Shown here piece after piece: positions 8,049-16,918 of a DNA stretch of 20,000 bases. Under the pieces are notes generated by a model. It was not told the origin of the DNA. It ran no database searches and was given only the letters and a program-made list of their open reading frames with translations. Made by a program: the position numbers and the translations under genes. Source of the DNA: an uncultured virus (IMG/VR IMGVR_UViG_2896054739_000006) (Duplodnaviria > Heunggongvirae > Uroviricota > Caudoviricetes). The stretch is taken from the IMG/VR virus record IMGVR_UViG_2896054739_000006; one strand, written 5' to 3'. The number at the start of each line of letters is the position of its first letter. The stretch's first letter is position 1.

Positions 8049-8229
8049 CCTTATCACCAACCTTTGACAGTCCATCCTCTGCATAACAACCTTTGTATGC
8101 ATCAAGCCATACGCACATTGTCCCACAAACTTTCTGTGGTCCTGCTGTAACAATAAACTCTTTACCACGATACCGCTCTGGAACATGGTACTTATCATTC
8201 ATTACTACTCTATCTCCCTTGGCCAACAT
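8041..8229 (-). CDS. Small hypothetical protein (SH3-like beta pattern)
   Basis: 62 aa, overlaps both neighbours (translational coupling). Confidence 0.7.
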   Translation of the reverse strand: MLAKGDRVVMNDKYHVPERYRGKEFIVTAGPQKVCGTMCVWLDAYKGCYAEDGLSKVGDKDA

Positions 8230-8608
8230 TCTTTAATCCCTCCAATCGTTTGTCTGTTAATTCCCTAATTTTGCCCATTGTTACCATCCCAATCCCCTTT
8301 ATTGTGCCAATTTCCTCAGCAAAATCAGTAATAGTAAACTGTAATGTTTCTGCTTTTACCTCCTTACCCTGGTTAAAGCCTTCACTCCTTGCCTTTTTCA
8401 CCCTGTCCTCTACATAATGCACCAGTTGTTCATCTGTCATTTTCCGCATTTTCACAGCTTTATCATGGATAACACTTTCATCCATTGTCCGTCTGCAGCT
8501 TCTTTTCTTTCCCATGGCAACCTTCCTCTCTTCTCTTGATACTTTCCGTATAGCTATACCCGCAGTACTATCTGCATAGCCTTCTCCATTCCTGTTCCAT
8601 TTAGCCAT
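8210..8608 (-). CDS. Hypothetical phage protein with C-terminal helix-hairpin-helix-like motif
   Basis: IKGIGMVT motif near the C-terminus; start uncertain (8608 or 8515). Confidence 0.7.
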   Translation of the reverse strand: MAKWNRNGEGYADSTAGIAIRKVSREERKVAMGKKRSCRRTMDESVIHDKAVKMRKMTDEQLVHYVEDRVKKARSEGFNQGKEVKAETLQFTITDFAEEIGTIKGIGMVTMGKIRELTDKRLEGLKNVGQGR

Positions 8609-9641
8609 CATTATCACCGGAACCAATCGTAATGCTTTCTGCCAACTCCTCCAGTTTCGGTATATCCAAGCCTAAGTTTTTGCAGAATGTCTTGAAACAC
8701 TCCCTGCACATAAACCCAAACTGTTTCGGCTGCTCCCCACGTTTTGACCTGGCAAGCAGGGTAATCATATCACTTTTTTTCAAGTGAGCTTTGCACTCAG
8801 CACATGTATCATACATCTTCTTTTTTATCTTAGGGCTTATCCTGGAATGTTTAAGCTGTTTCGGAAAATCCCGCCGCATATTTTCCTGTCCAACAATCGG
8901 TATCAGGCTGTCTTTCATGAATACTGGAATCCCTTCCTTGTCACAGCCAGAAACAATATCCTCTATCCACTCCCTTTTAGGAATAATTCTGTCTTTTCGA
9001 TTCCCTGTTTCCGCACCAATGATTATCCAATCAGGTGAAAATTTATCCTTTTCCCATATCTGGAAGGGTGCATGAATAGGCTCTATACTCCAAAAAGTAT
9101 TATGGGTATTTGATACAAAGCACCTATCCTCCGGTTTGGTAAGCGTTGAGCCATACCACATATTTTCATCTGCTGAGAGCATCCCAGCAGCGTCAATGCG
9201 CTCATACCTCTCTGGGTTCTTGGTGAGGAACAAATAATTATGTATTGGATATGCCCTGCAGATATCTATGATTTCCTTAATCCATTCTTCTGGTACCCAC
9301 CCCCCAAATACATCCGCCATCGCACCGACAAAAATGTTTTTCCCCATTTTAAGTTTCGCCGGAATATCCATCCGGTATCTGTGGAGCGTAGGGGCAAACC
9401 CAAACGGATACACAAGCGGATGCCCTGTTTCATTCAGCATGGTGGAATCTAATACATATAAATCTTCTCCCCCATCGGCGGCTGACACCATCAGATAATC
9501 CTTCTTTGCCATTTTATTCAGCCTTACATCCCCTGCAAATCTGGCTGTCATTGTCCTTGCATAGCAATATGGACATTCATGCCTGCATCCCGTAATAGGA
9601 TTCCACGTATGGTCACACCATTCAATTTTTGACCGATTCAT
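8601..9641 (-). CDS. DUF5131 family (phage Gp37/Gp68), radical-SAM-like, with C-terminal Zn-finger extension
   Basis: SKIEWCDHTWNPITGCRHECPYCYA (CxxxCxxC), IFVGAMADVF, FLTKNPER, SIEP, WIIIGAETG, PVFMK; tail CAEC...CREC. GAGGTG RBS before 9641. Confidence 0.9.
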   Translation of the reverse strand: MNRSKIEWCDHTWNPITGCRHECPYCYARTMTARFAGDVRLNKMAKKDYLMVSAADGGEDLYVLDSTMLNETGHPLVYPFGFAPTLHRYRMDIPAKLKMGKNIFVGAMADVFGGWVPEEWIKEIIDICRAYPIHNYLFLTKNPERYERIDAAGMLSADENMWYGSTLTKPEDRCFVSNTHNTFWSIEPIHAPFQIWEKDKFSPDWIIIGAETGNRKDRIIPKREWIEDIVSGCDKEGIPVFMKDSLIPIVGQENMRRDFPKQLKHSRISPKIKKKMYDTCAECKAHLKKSDMITLLARSKRGEQPKQFGFMCRECFKTFCKNLGLDIPKLEELAESITIGSGDNDG

Positions 9642-9888
9642 AATCTTCACCTCTTTTCGCAAATCCCAATTCCTTGTCCTCTTTCCATATGATTCCTGCA
9701 AAATTAATTTTCTGCCCACATTGGTCACAATATTTCGGCTGATAATTTGGTCCGGCATTTAAAGCATGGTTGCACCTGGGACAATAATGGTTCTCAGTCT
9801 TGGTTATAACAAACCCATATTTTAAATAAGTGATTTCCCTTGCTATCGGTTTTCTTGCCTTACTCTTTTTAATCATCTGCCGTTTCAC
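9622..9888 (-). CDS. Zinc-ribbon protein
   Basis: CPRC...YCDQCGQKI; GTG start overlaps the upstream stop. Confidence 0.75.
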   Translation of the reverse strand: MKRQMIKKSKARKPIAREITYLKYGFVITKTENHYCPRCNHALNAGPNYQPKYCDQCGQKINFAGIIWKEDKELGFAKRGEDYESVKN

Positions 9889-11993
9889 CCCGCCTTCCTC
9901 TGTTTCTTTGGAGCAGCCTCATACTCAGCCATCTTTTTTTCAAAAATCTCAACGAATGCTTTTACCTCCGGCGTCATTTCACAGTTACGGAAACCTCTGC
10001 ACTGAACAACTCTCCCATGCCATTCCAATGTGTAATATGGTTTCTCTGGCGCTGCCTTTTGCCGAATAAAGAAAATCATTGTTTCTCCCTTTTCCACCTT
10101 TTCCATGTACGTGCCAACGCAGTGATGAAGCGATTCTCCTTCTTCCTTTAGTTCTTCCAGTTTGTTTGGCAGTCTGATAAATAATCCATCAATATTGAGA
10201 TTCATAGCCTCCACTTCTGCTGTTTCTTTCCTAAGTTTTCTAAGAAGACGGTTAAACCTTTTTGCGTCTTCTCTGGCTTGCTTATCCTTGAATTTCATAT
10301 ACTGTTTTGACATTTCATCATGTGCCCTTCTAAAATTTCTGGGGAACAAATTAAACTCATTCCGCATATCGTAGCCCATTTTCTCTAACCATCTGATATA
10401 ATCAAAATAATCAGCATCATGTTTGATTCTCTGCTTATTTATGTACTTATCCACTTTGTAAATTGTGGTGTACTGCCTCATATCAAGATACTTTTCATAC
10501 ATTTTGTCGTATCCGTCATCATGAATATAGCGGAGCAATTTAAAATCTTCCTGTCGGATTTCCTTTGCATACCAAAGTATCATCACATCTCTTACCGTTG
10601 GATTCCCCACTTCCCGAAGCATATTAAACTGCAGCTTATTTATCCCCAGTGTTTCCAATACTGTCTTCCCATTCTGAAATTCTGGACAATTATGGTCTTC
10701 CATAACAGACTGTGCAATTTTATAAAATCCGATTTTAAGCAGCTGCTCCAGATATGGTGTCTTTCGATACTGATTGAAATACCAGTCAATGGTCCAAGGT
10801 TTATTCAACAATATGCGCCAGTTGCTATTGTTCACAATCTTGTCTATGTAAATATCTACCGCACTATATTTCATACATGTGCCAGATACCGTTTTAAGCA
10901 GATTCTCGTTGTATAAAACCGCACTTCTTGGTACCGTTATTTCTGCCGGAGGACACCACCCACTATATTTTCTGTCATGGAATATGCACCAGCGGTAATC
11001 ATATGTACTCTTAAATCTTGCCCATTCAAAATCTTTCGCCTTTTCAGCTGTATGTACCGTTCTGAATTTCTCCATTGTGGTAATCTCTGGATTGCGATAA
11101 TTTATACGAAAATCCTTTGTATGACAGAAGTATCTTACCAATACATCCTCCTCATGCTTTTGAATCAACACACTCCACTGAACTGCAAATAAACTCTGTC
11201 GGCTCATACTCTCGCTTTTACATTTGAAATACTTTCCGCAGTAAGGGCATAAAACCGTATGATTATGTTTGACCTTATCCACGTCATTCCATATAGGAAT
11301 TTTCTTATGCCGGAGGTGTTTCTCTTTATCCAATTCAAAATCCAGTTCGCAGCTTGTGCAATATGCTGACTTATTGGCAGTGCTGTAAAAAATATAGTGT
11401 TCTTCACCAAATACCTTTTCTCTGACAAATCTGTCATAATCTTTGGGAACATCACCAAACTTTTCCATATGCAAATCAATCTCGGCCTTTTCTTTGTTGT
11501 GCTTTTCCTGCAATTTCCATTCCTTGATTTTGTCTTGGTACTCGTCTATACGGTCTTCCAGTTCCGTATCCGTTACGGATCTGCCCTGTTCCATGCACCT
11601 GTCATAATCTTTGGTATCATGCCTTTTCTTAAATTCATATAAGAATCCGAGAATAATTTCCCTTTCCTCAACCGAGGCAACTGCGATATTCCCTCCATTA
11701 CGGTACCAGTAAAGATATCCAGTAAGATAATTGATAGCCCCTGTCTTCCACTTGGTTTTGTCTGTTGTCAGATCCTGCGTGATGTAATCATCTGGTTGAC
11801 AGAATGTCCGGAACGCCGGCTTTAATTCCCTTTCCTCTGCATGAAAAAAATTAATAATCAGCGTGTCAATTCCATTAACTTCCTGCCTGCTTGCCGTTGC
11901 CAGATAAGATATATGAGGCACTAATAGCAGCATTTCCTTATTTTTATCCGTAAATACTGGCCTTGGTATAGCCGATAGTGCTCTTTTATCCAT
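9885..11993 (-). CDS. PcfJ domain-containing protein
   Basis: DYFDYI..L..MGYD...LFP....AHD, L.EEGESLHHCVGTY, IFFIR....PEKPYYTLE, VQCRG..N; internal CTSC/CPYC Zn site. Confidence 0.9.
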   Translation of the reverse strand: MDKRALSAIPRPVFTDKNKEMLLLVPHISYLATASRQEVNGIDTLIINFFHAEERELKPAFRTFCQPDDYITQDLTTDKTKWKTGAINYLTGYLYWYRNGGNIAVASVEEREIILGFLYEFKKRHDTKDYDRCMEQGRSVTDTELEDRIDEYQDKIKEWKLQEKHNKEKAEIDLHMEKFGDVPKDYDRFVREKVFGEEHYIFYSTANKSAYCTSCELDFELDKEKHLRHKKIPIWNDVDKVKHNHTVLCPYCGKYFKCKSESMSRQSLFAVQWSVLIQKHEEDVLVRYFCHTKDFRINYRNPEITTMEKFRTVHTAEKAKDFEWARFKSTYDYRWCIFHDRKYSGWCPPAEITVPRSAVLYNENLLKTVSGTCMKYSAVDIYIDKIVNNSNWRILLNKPWTIDWYFNQYRKTPYLEQLLKIGFYKIAQSVMEDHNCPEFQNGKTVLETLGINKLQFNMLREVGNPTVRDVMILWYAKEIRQEDFKLLRYIHDDGYDKMYEKYLDMRQYTTIYKVDKYINKQRIKHDADYFDYIRWLEKMGYDMRNEFNLFPRNFRRAHDEMSKQYMKFKDKQAREDAKRFNRLLRKLRKETAEVEAMNLNIDGLFIRLPNKLEELKEEGESLHHCVGTYMEKVEKGETMIFFIRQKAAPEKPYYTLEWHGRVVQCRGFRNCEMTPEVKAFVEIFEKKMAEYEAAPKKQRKAG

Positions 11994-12005
11994 ATAACCG
12001 CCCCC

Positions 12006-13058
12006 CTACATTCCCATCATGAAGAACATATCAAGCTGCCCATCCATATCCTTGCCATTTCTCTTTGACTTTGGCTGCTCTTTTGGCATATCCTCTTTCT
12101 TTTGTGGAGTAGGCGCTGCTTTAGCAGAATTTTCTTTTGCTTTAGCCTTTCTCTCTTCTGCTGCTTTCTTCTGCTTTGCCTTTCTTTCAGCCTCTTTTTT
12201 AGCTTTCTTTTCCTCCTCAGCCTTATCATCTTTGTGGTAATAATCCTCGGCCCATTCATATACCACATCATTACGAACAACAGCTCTGTTCTCCGTCGCC
12301 TGTTTGCGTGCCTGTCCGTATATATAATCAAGGCATTTTTTCCATGTCTTATGCTCCTGCACCACATCCTGGGCAAGCCCCAAATCATCTTCACAGCGTT
12401 TCAGCAAATACCCAATAACAGGCTCTGCAAAGGTCTTATCCTTATCTGCTTTCATTTCTTTTTCCAGTTTTTCCTTCGCCATCTGCTTTACGGATACCGG
12501 ATCAGGAACTTCTATATCGTCGGTCGGTACATCACTTTCGGATTTCCCTTCTGATTTTTCTTCCTGAGTTTCTCCAGTTTCCTTATCCGCATCTTTCTTT
12601 TCCAAATCTGCATTTTTCTCCTCAGCTTCAGCTGCATTGTCAATTTCCTCCTCTGATACGGCAGTCATTTTATCTTCCTTCATGACATACTCATATTCCT
12701 TTTCAAGCCGCCCATTCGCCACATCAAAGAGTGTGTTACCATCCGCATCATAGAAAGCTGTCACTTCTTCACGCTTCAAGACCTTATATGTAATGCCATC
12801 TGATACAACATCCGCCTGTGCATTTTCCCCGGAATATGCCGTTTTGAGATATTCCCTAACTACATTCCCCCAAACAACTCCGTAGACATTATCATTTTTG
12901 CTTACTTTTACCGTTGCAAAATGTTGAATCTCCGGTGCCTCTGTGAAATGCTGAATCTCTGTTTTCATTATTTTCCTTACCTCCTGCCATGCTTCAGACT
13001 GTAAAGCTTCTTTGTTCTTTTCGGAAATCTCACTTCCGTTAAATCCTTTTGTCTCCAT
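12006..13058 (-). CDS. PcfK-like (AcrIIA9-family) domain protein with N-terminal extension and acidic linker
   Basis: YLLKRCEDD..LA..V....KT.KKC.DYI...ARK......V....VYEWAEDYY, Lys/Glu-rich tail ending GQLDMF; adjacent to PcfJ; start refined by AGGAGG. Confidence 0.8.
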   Translation of the reverse strand: METKGFNGSEISEKNKEALQSEAWQEVRKIMKTEIQHFTEAPEIQHFATVKVSKNDNVYGVVWGNVVREYLKTAYSGENAQADVVSDGITYKVLKREEVTAFYDADGNTLFDVANGRLEKEYEYVMKEDKMTAVSEEEIDNAAEAEEKNADLEKKDADKETGETQEEKSEGKSESDVPTDDIEVPDPVSVKQMAKEKLEKEMKADKDKTFAEPVIGYLLKRCEDDLGLAQDVVQEHKTWKKCLDYIYGQARKQATENRAVVRNDVVYEWAEDYYHKDDKAEEEKKAKKEAERKAKQKKAAEERKAKAKENSAKAAPTPQKKEDMPKEQPKSKRNGKDMDGQLDMFFMMGM

Positions 13059-13129
13059 AGTTGCCCTCCTTTTCATCGAAATAGAAAAACATATAAAAGT
13101 GCTCTTTTTCGGTCCCCTGAAGTGCCTGG

Positions 13130-14227
13130 CTATTTTTCATTTCCCGCTCCCTTCATCTCTGCATTCAGCAGCTTTTGTTCCAACGCCTCATAATCATATT
13201 CCCGCTGGTAGAAGTTCTGAAATTTACCGGGTGTCTGTCGGTTATCCGTTGTCGCTTTACCCCTGCTCTGAACAATCAATGTTTCAAACTTGTCCCGGAA
13301 CTTTTTTGTACTGCGGATATTTGATTTCCAAAAACTGTCTGTTGTTGCATAGGTCAGGGCTTCTAAGATATCTGACTCGTTTCTTTCATCCAGCCGCTTC
13401 ATCCGCTCAATTTCAACCGCCCACTTTTCGCGCTCTGCTTCCGTTGACGGAACTTTTGAGTTGGGGAATGATTTTTTACAGGATGCCACAAGAATATCTA
13501 CGCACTTATATTCAAATTCACCTATCCTGCATTTTTGCTTCTGGGTACCCGGGCAGGGTTGGGCCAGAGGCTCAACAATTATATTATTTATATATCTATC
13601 TCTATTCTCTAATCTCTGTGTAACATCACGGTAACATTCCGGTAACACCTGAGTAACATTGTTACCGCTCTCTTCCGGAAGCATTGTGGTTTCAGTGTTG
13701 TCATTTTCTTCTGGTAACATGGGAGTAACATCACGGTAACATTCCGGTAACACCGGGGTAACATTGTTACCACTCCCTTCCGGCAAATTCTTGTTAATAT
13801 TGCTGTTACCCTTTTCCGGTAACATTTTGGTAACATTGTTACCAGCCAAAAACTTTTTTTGTTCACGGATTTTCCGCATCATTGCCGCCTTGTCTGTTTC
13901 TGAACCTATCATTTCTTCCATTCGTGGAATGTTTATCTGACCTCCCTCCAGAATCTCCACCAGCCCTATATTTTTAAAAATTTCCATGGCCACAACTGCC
14001 GTATCAAAATCCGTATGGGTAATCTCAGCAAGCTTCCGTGTGTCATATGGTACAAAGATATTTCCTACGTTCCGGACAAGCAGGCCATTTGTCTTTACTG
14101 ATTTTAGGCAGAGTTTCAAATAGAACAGGGCATATTCTTTCCCATTGGGCTGTTCTTCCAGCCACTCCATGGTATCATCCTCGAAAAAATCTTCACGCAG
14201 TTTCATCCAGTAATATTTTTTTGCCAT
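13130..14227 (-). CDS. Phage replication initiator (replisome organizer N-terminal domain)
   Basis: KKYYWMKLREDFF...ALFYLKL N-terminal domain; C-terminal DSFWKSNIRSTKKFRDKFETL; tail FQNFYQREYDYEALEQKLL. Confidence 0.9.
   Translation of the reverse strand: MAKKYYWMKLREDFFEDDTMEWLEEQPNGKEYALFYLKLCLKSVKTNGLLVRNVGNIFVPYDTRKLAEITHTDFDTAVVAMEIFKNIGLVEILEGGQINIPRMEEMIGSETDKAAMMRKIREQKKFLAGNNVTKMLPEKGNSNINKNLPEGSGNNVTPVLPECYRDVTPMLPEENDNTETTMLPEESGNNVTQVLPECYRDVTQRLENRDRYINNIIVEPLAQPCPGTQKQKCRIGEFEYKCVDILVASCKKSFPNSKVPSTEAEREKWAVEIERMKRLDERNESDILEALTYATTDSFWKSNIRSTKKFRDKFETLIVQSRGKATTDNRQTPGKFQNFYQREYDYEALEQKLLNAEMKGAGNEK
13620..13844. repeat. Iteron array, putative phage origin of replication within the initiator gene
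   Basis: GTAACA at 13620, 13631, 13642, 13653; 13714, 13725, 13736, 13747, 13758; 13819, 13830 (11-bp period). Each run ends in the palindrome GTAACATTGTTAC. An approximately 59-bp block is repeated at 105-bp spacing. Confidence 0.85.
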
Positions 14228-14245
14228 TTTCCAACTCCTTTTCCC

Positions 14246-14683
14246 TTAATTAAAGGGAAGCTCTTCGTCTATGCCCTCTGGTATGTCTATAAACCTGTCT
14301 CCATATGCAGGGCATGGGTTCCAAGCCCCCTCCGTTTCATATTCTCTTCGTTGGCTATGGGACTTGCTTTCTGCAAATTCCTGCTCTTCGACTACAACCT
14401 CTGTACTGTAAGCTAGATTCCCATATCTGTCCGTGTAACTGCTTGTCTGGATTCGACCTGTAATAGCAATTTTTATTCCTTTACGGAAATACTTTTCTGC
14501 AAATTCCGCATTTTTCCGAAAAGCGATACAGCGAATAAAGTCTGCTGACTGGCCATCACTATTTTTAGCGCCCCTTCTGTCAACAGCCAATGTGTATCTG
14601 GCAATCCCCATTGGTTCTTCCCCCTGGTAATATCTGGTTTCCGGATCTTTTGTCAGCCTTCCCATTAAAATAACTTTGTTCAC
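14246..14683 (-). CDS. ssb: Single-stranded DNA-binding protein
   Basis: NKVILMGRLTKDPE, LAVDR, ADFIRC, GRIQT..Y, TEVVVE, acidic EELPF tail. Confidence 0.95.
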   Translation of the reverse strand: MNKVILMGRLTKDPETRYYQGEEPMGIARYTLAVDRRGAKNSDGQSADFIRCIAFRKNAEFAEKYFRKGIKIAITGRIQTSSYTDRYGNLAYSTEVVVEEQEFAESKSHSQRREYETEGAWNPCPAYGDRFIDIPEGIDEELPFN

Positions 14684-14741
14684 TTAACTCCCTCCTTGTA
14701 TCAGATGCTTTTTCTGATAAAGTTTTCCGGTAACGCTGCCA

Positions 14742-15653
14742 TTAAAACAGCTTATTGATTAATTCCATGGCATAAGTAATGTCTACACTGCCACAGCCGC
14801 TTTCCTCCTTGTGCTTCTGCAATTCATCAATCATCATCTGAAAATACGTTGTATCAACGCCTGTAAGCTGTTCTTCCAGGACTTTTACGTCCTTTAAATC
14901 CACCTCATTCAACTGCATACACATCTTTACATACTGCCCTGCATTAATGCTGTAGCCACGTTTTATATATTTCTTTGTGCGTATGATTGAGCAAAGCGGG
15001 TACTTTGACCCTACATAATAAAGCTCTTTATTAATGATGCATTCCAGGGCTTTTACCGGGAGAAAAACCTCATTATCCCAGGAACTCCAGGCGCAGGTAC
15101 AATGTGCAAAATCATAATTTTTATGTATATCCGCCACTTCCCCATAAAATCGTGTGACAATCTGTATTTTGTCTGAAAGGGTGATAGCATTGCTTGTAAT
15201 AAAGCGTGGCCGGTATCTTTCTTTTTCGCCTTCATCAGAAGCAGCATCCGACTCCTCTTCCTCCGCCGTACTTTCAAAGTTATATGCAATACTGCTGTCT
15301 GCCTGCTCGTCTTCATCCGCAATTCCCTTGGACTTAATAAAGCATTTTACTGCACCGTTATCTTCGCCTGTCTCCTGTGCAAGCCGCTCACCCCAAAGCA
15401 GGGATACCGGTTTGTCCTCATGCTTTTTATTCCATTTGTCAACATAATATTTTGCAACCTCAATACAGGCGTCTTTTGTCCGGAAATACACATCGTAATC
15501 ATGCACCGTTTCGCCTGTCAAAAGCGAAACCAGAGCGCCGCCGGTTATAATGGTATTTTCCTCAATCGTCTTCTTTACTGCTTCATCATCAATATGCTTC
15601 ACCCAGTCTTTTAACTTTGCCTTCAAATGTCTTTTTATATTTTTACTATTCAT
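14742..15653 (-). CDS. Nucleotidyltransferase of the pol-beta superfamily, class II CCA/poly(A) polymerase-like
   Basis: ITGGALVSLLTGETVHDYDVYF (GG...DxD), NYDFAHC (cf. RRDFTIN), YPLCSIIRTKKYIKRGYSI (cf. DPLRILRAxRFxxRxGF). AGGAGGT RBS. Confidence 0.7.
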   Translation of the reverse strand: MNSKNIKRHLKAKLKDWVKHIDDEAVKKTIEENTIITGGALVSLLTGETVHDYDVYFRTKDACIEVAKYYVDKWNKKHEDKPVSLLWGERLAQETGEDNGAVKCFIKSKGIADEDEQADSSIAYNFESTAEEEESDAASDEGEKERYRPRFITSNAITLSDKIQIVTRFYGEVADIHKNYDFAHCTCAWSSWDNEVFLPVKALECIINKELYYVGSKYPLCSIIRTKKYIKRGYSINAGQYVKMCMQLNEVDLKDVKVLEEQLTGVDTTYFQMMIDELQKHKEESGCGSVDITYAMELINKLF

Positions 15654-15671
15654 CCTTAGACCTCCTGAATC

Positions 15672-16229
15672 TTACGTTTTCCACATCTCGAGCATCCTTT
15701 TCACTTCCTCCGGCGGAAGCGTTTCTATGCCCAGTTCCTTACATTCAGTTACAATTCCATCAATAAGAATGCTCATTTCCTTCGTGTCATAGGTGCTGCT
15801 CCCACGGAAAATTTTGTAAAACACCAATTCTTTACCGTCCTCTATCTTCTGGCCGCAAGGCATGCAATGGACAGTTTCATTTTCTAACATCTGTGATACC
15901 GGAATATTTGTCTTAATAATGGCTTCTGTGGTTTCACCTTCATTTATGTAAAATGGCTGTCCATACCTGCCAATCATAAGGTTTTTACACCTTGGCTTAG
16001 ATATGCGCATTGTATCTGCCAGCCTGTCCACTAAGACGTGGAAATAAGCATTTGCATCAAGGCTCCGACGGTTCCGGTGTTTCCTGATTCTGATATCTAA
16101 CAATTCCACTTCCTTTAACTCATCATATCCACTTGTCAGGCATCCTTTTTCATTTACTGCAACCGTAAGTTCGAATTTGTTTGTTAAAAAATTAGTTGAA
16201 ATGCCAACGATATTTCCTGTCAAATCCAC
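15672..16229 (-). CDS. NinB/Orf-like recombination accessory protein
   Basis: RSLDANAYFHVL and SSTYDTKEMSILID...ELGIET motifs; GTG start overlaps the ERF stop (TAGTG). Confidence 0.75.
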   Translation of the reverse strand: MDLTGNIVGISTNFLTNKFELTVAVNEKGCLTSGYDELKEVELLDIRIRKHRNRRSLDANAYFHVLVDRLADTMRISKPRCKNLMIGRYGQPFYINEGETTEAIIKTNIPVSQMLENETVHCMPCGQKIEDGKELVFYKIFRGSSTYDTKEMSILIDGIVTECKELGIETLPPEEVKRMLEMWKT

Positions 16230-16918
16230 TACTGGCTCTCCTTTTTGTCTGGATATTTTTCGAGCATCTGCATAGCATTTGTCCAATGTGCCATTGTCAT
16301 TTTTTCAAATGCATCCATTTTATAATGTTGAAGAACTGATTTCTCCGAAACGCCCTTCTGGCGGATTGTATCCCTAAGCACTTTGATTTTTACTGCATCA
16401 ATGGATGCTTTATTGCCCTGCTCCACCATTTCCCTGTTTTTCTGTTCCTCTGTAGCATCCTGCCCTTGACTGTCCTGGGGCTTAGGCTGTACTGCATGGC
16501 TGTCCGCATCCGGATCTTTCATTTCGGCTGTCGGAATACAGAAAATCTGGAAACATGCATATTTAAACGCAACCGCCATAGCTTTGTTTGTCGCTTTGTC
16601 CCCGGAATCCATACCCTCACCGATAGTAACAGCCTCTACGCTGCTCCCGTCTTCTGCAAAAAAGCGGAACTTCATCTGGCAGATAGAGTAGATTAAATTC
16701 GCCCCAGTGTTCGTTTTCCGCTCTTCCCTCTTCTGGTCAAGGATCTCCGGAACAATAAATACCTTGTGCTTTACCAATGCCGGATTAATGGCATTCATCA
16801 CATCATCCACTCCACGGTACATAAATCCCTGCTTGGCATTTTTCTGGCTCTTTCCTACGGCATCAATTTCCCCCATGATTGCCGGGATTGCCTGGTATAT
16901 TTTTCCTGATTCACCCAT
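16229..16918 (-). CDS. ERF family single-strand annealing recombinase
   Basis: K.QKN..QGFMYRGVDDV, GEGMDSGDKATNKAMAVAFKYA..Q.F.IPT..DPD. Confidence 0.9.
   Translation of the reverse strand: MGESGKIYQAIPAIMGEIDAVGKSQKNAKQGFMYRGVDDVMNAINPALVKHKVFIVPEILDQKREERKTNTGANLIYSICQMKFRFFAEDGSSVEAVTIGEGMDSGDKATNKAMAVAFKYACFQIFCIPTAEMKDPDADSHAVQPKPQDSQGQDATEEQKNREMVEQGNKASIDAVKIKVLRDTIRQKGVSEKSVLQHYKMDAFEKMTMAHWTNAMQMLEKYPDKKESQ

Noticed and set aside
12006..13058. Calling this gene a bona fide anti-CRISPR (acrIIA9)
   Set aside because: Only family-level resemblance to PcfK is visible; activity cannot be inferred from that, and there is no aca-like gene adjacent.
13620..13844. Possible CRISPR array
   Set aside because: Repeat unit is a 6-bp core at 11-bp period with no unique 30-40 bp spacers, it lies within an intact CDS, and no cas genes are present.
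13609..13866. 85-aa repetitive minus-strand ORF (VTMLP.CYR repeats)
   Set aside because: Alternate-frame by-product of the iteron array inside the initiator gene.
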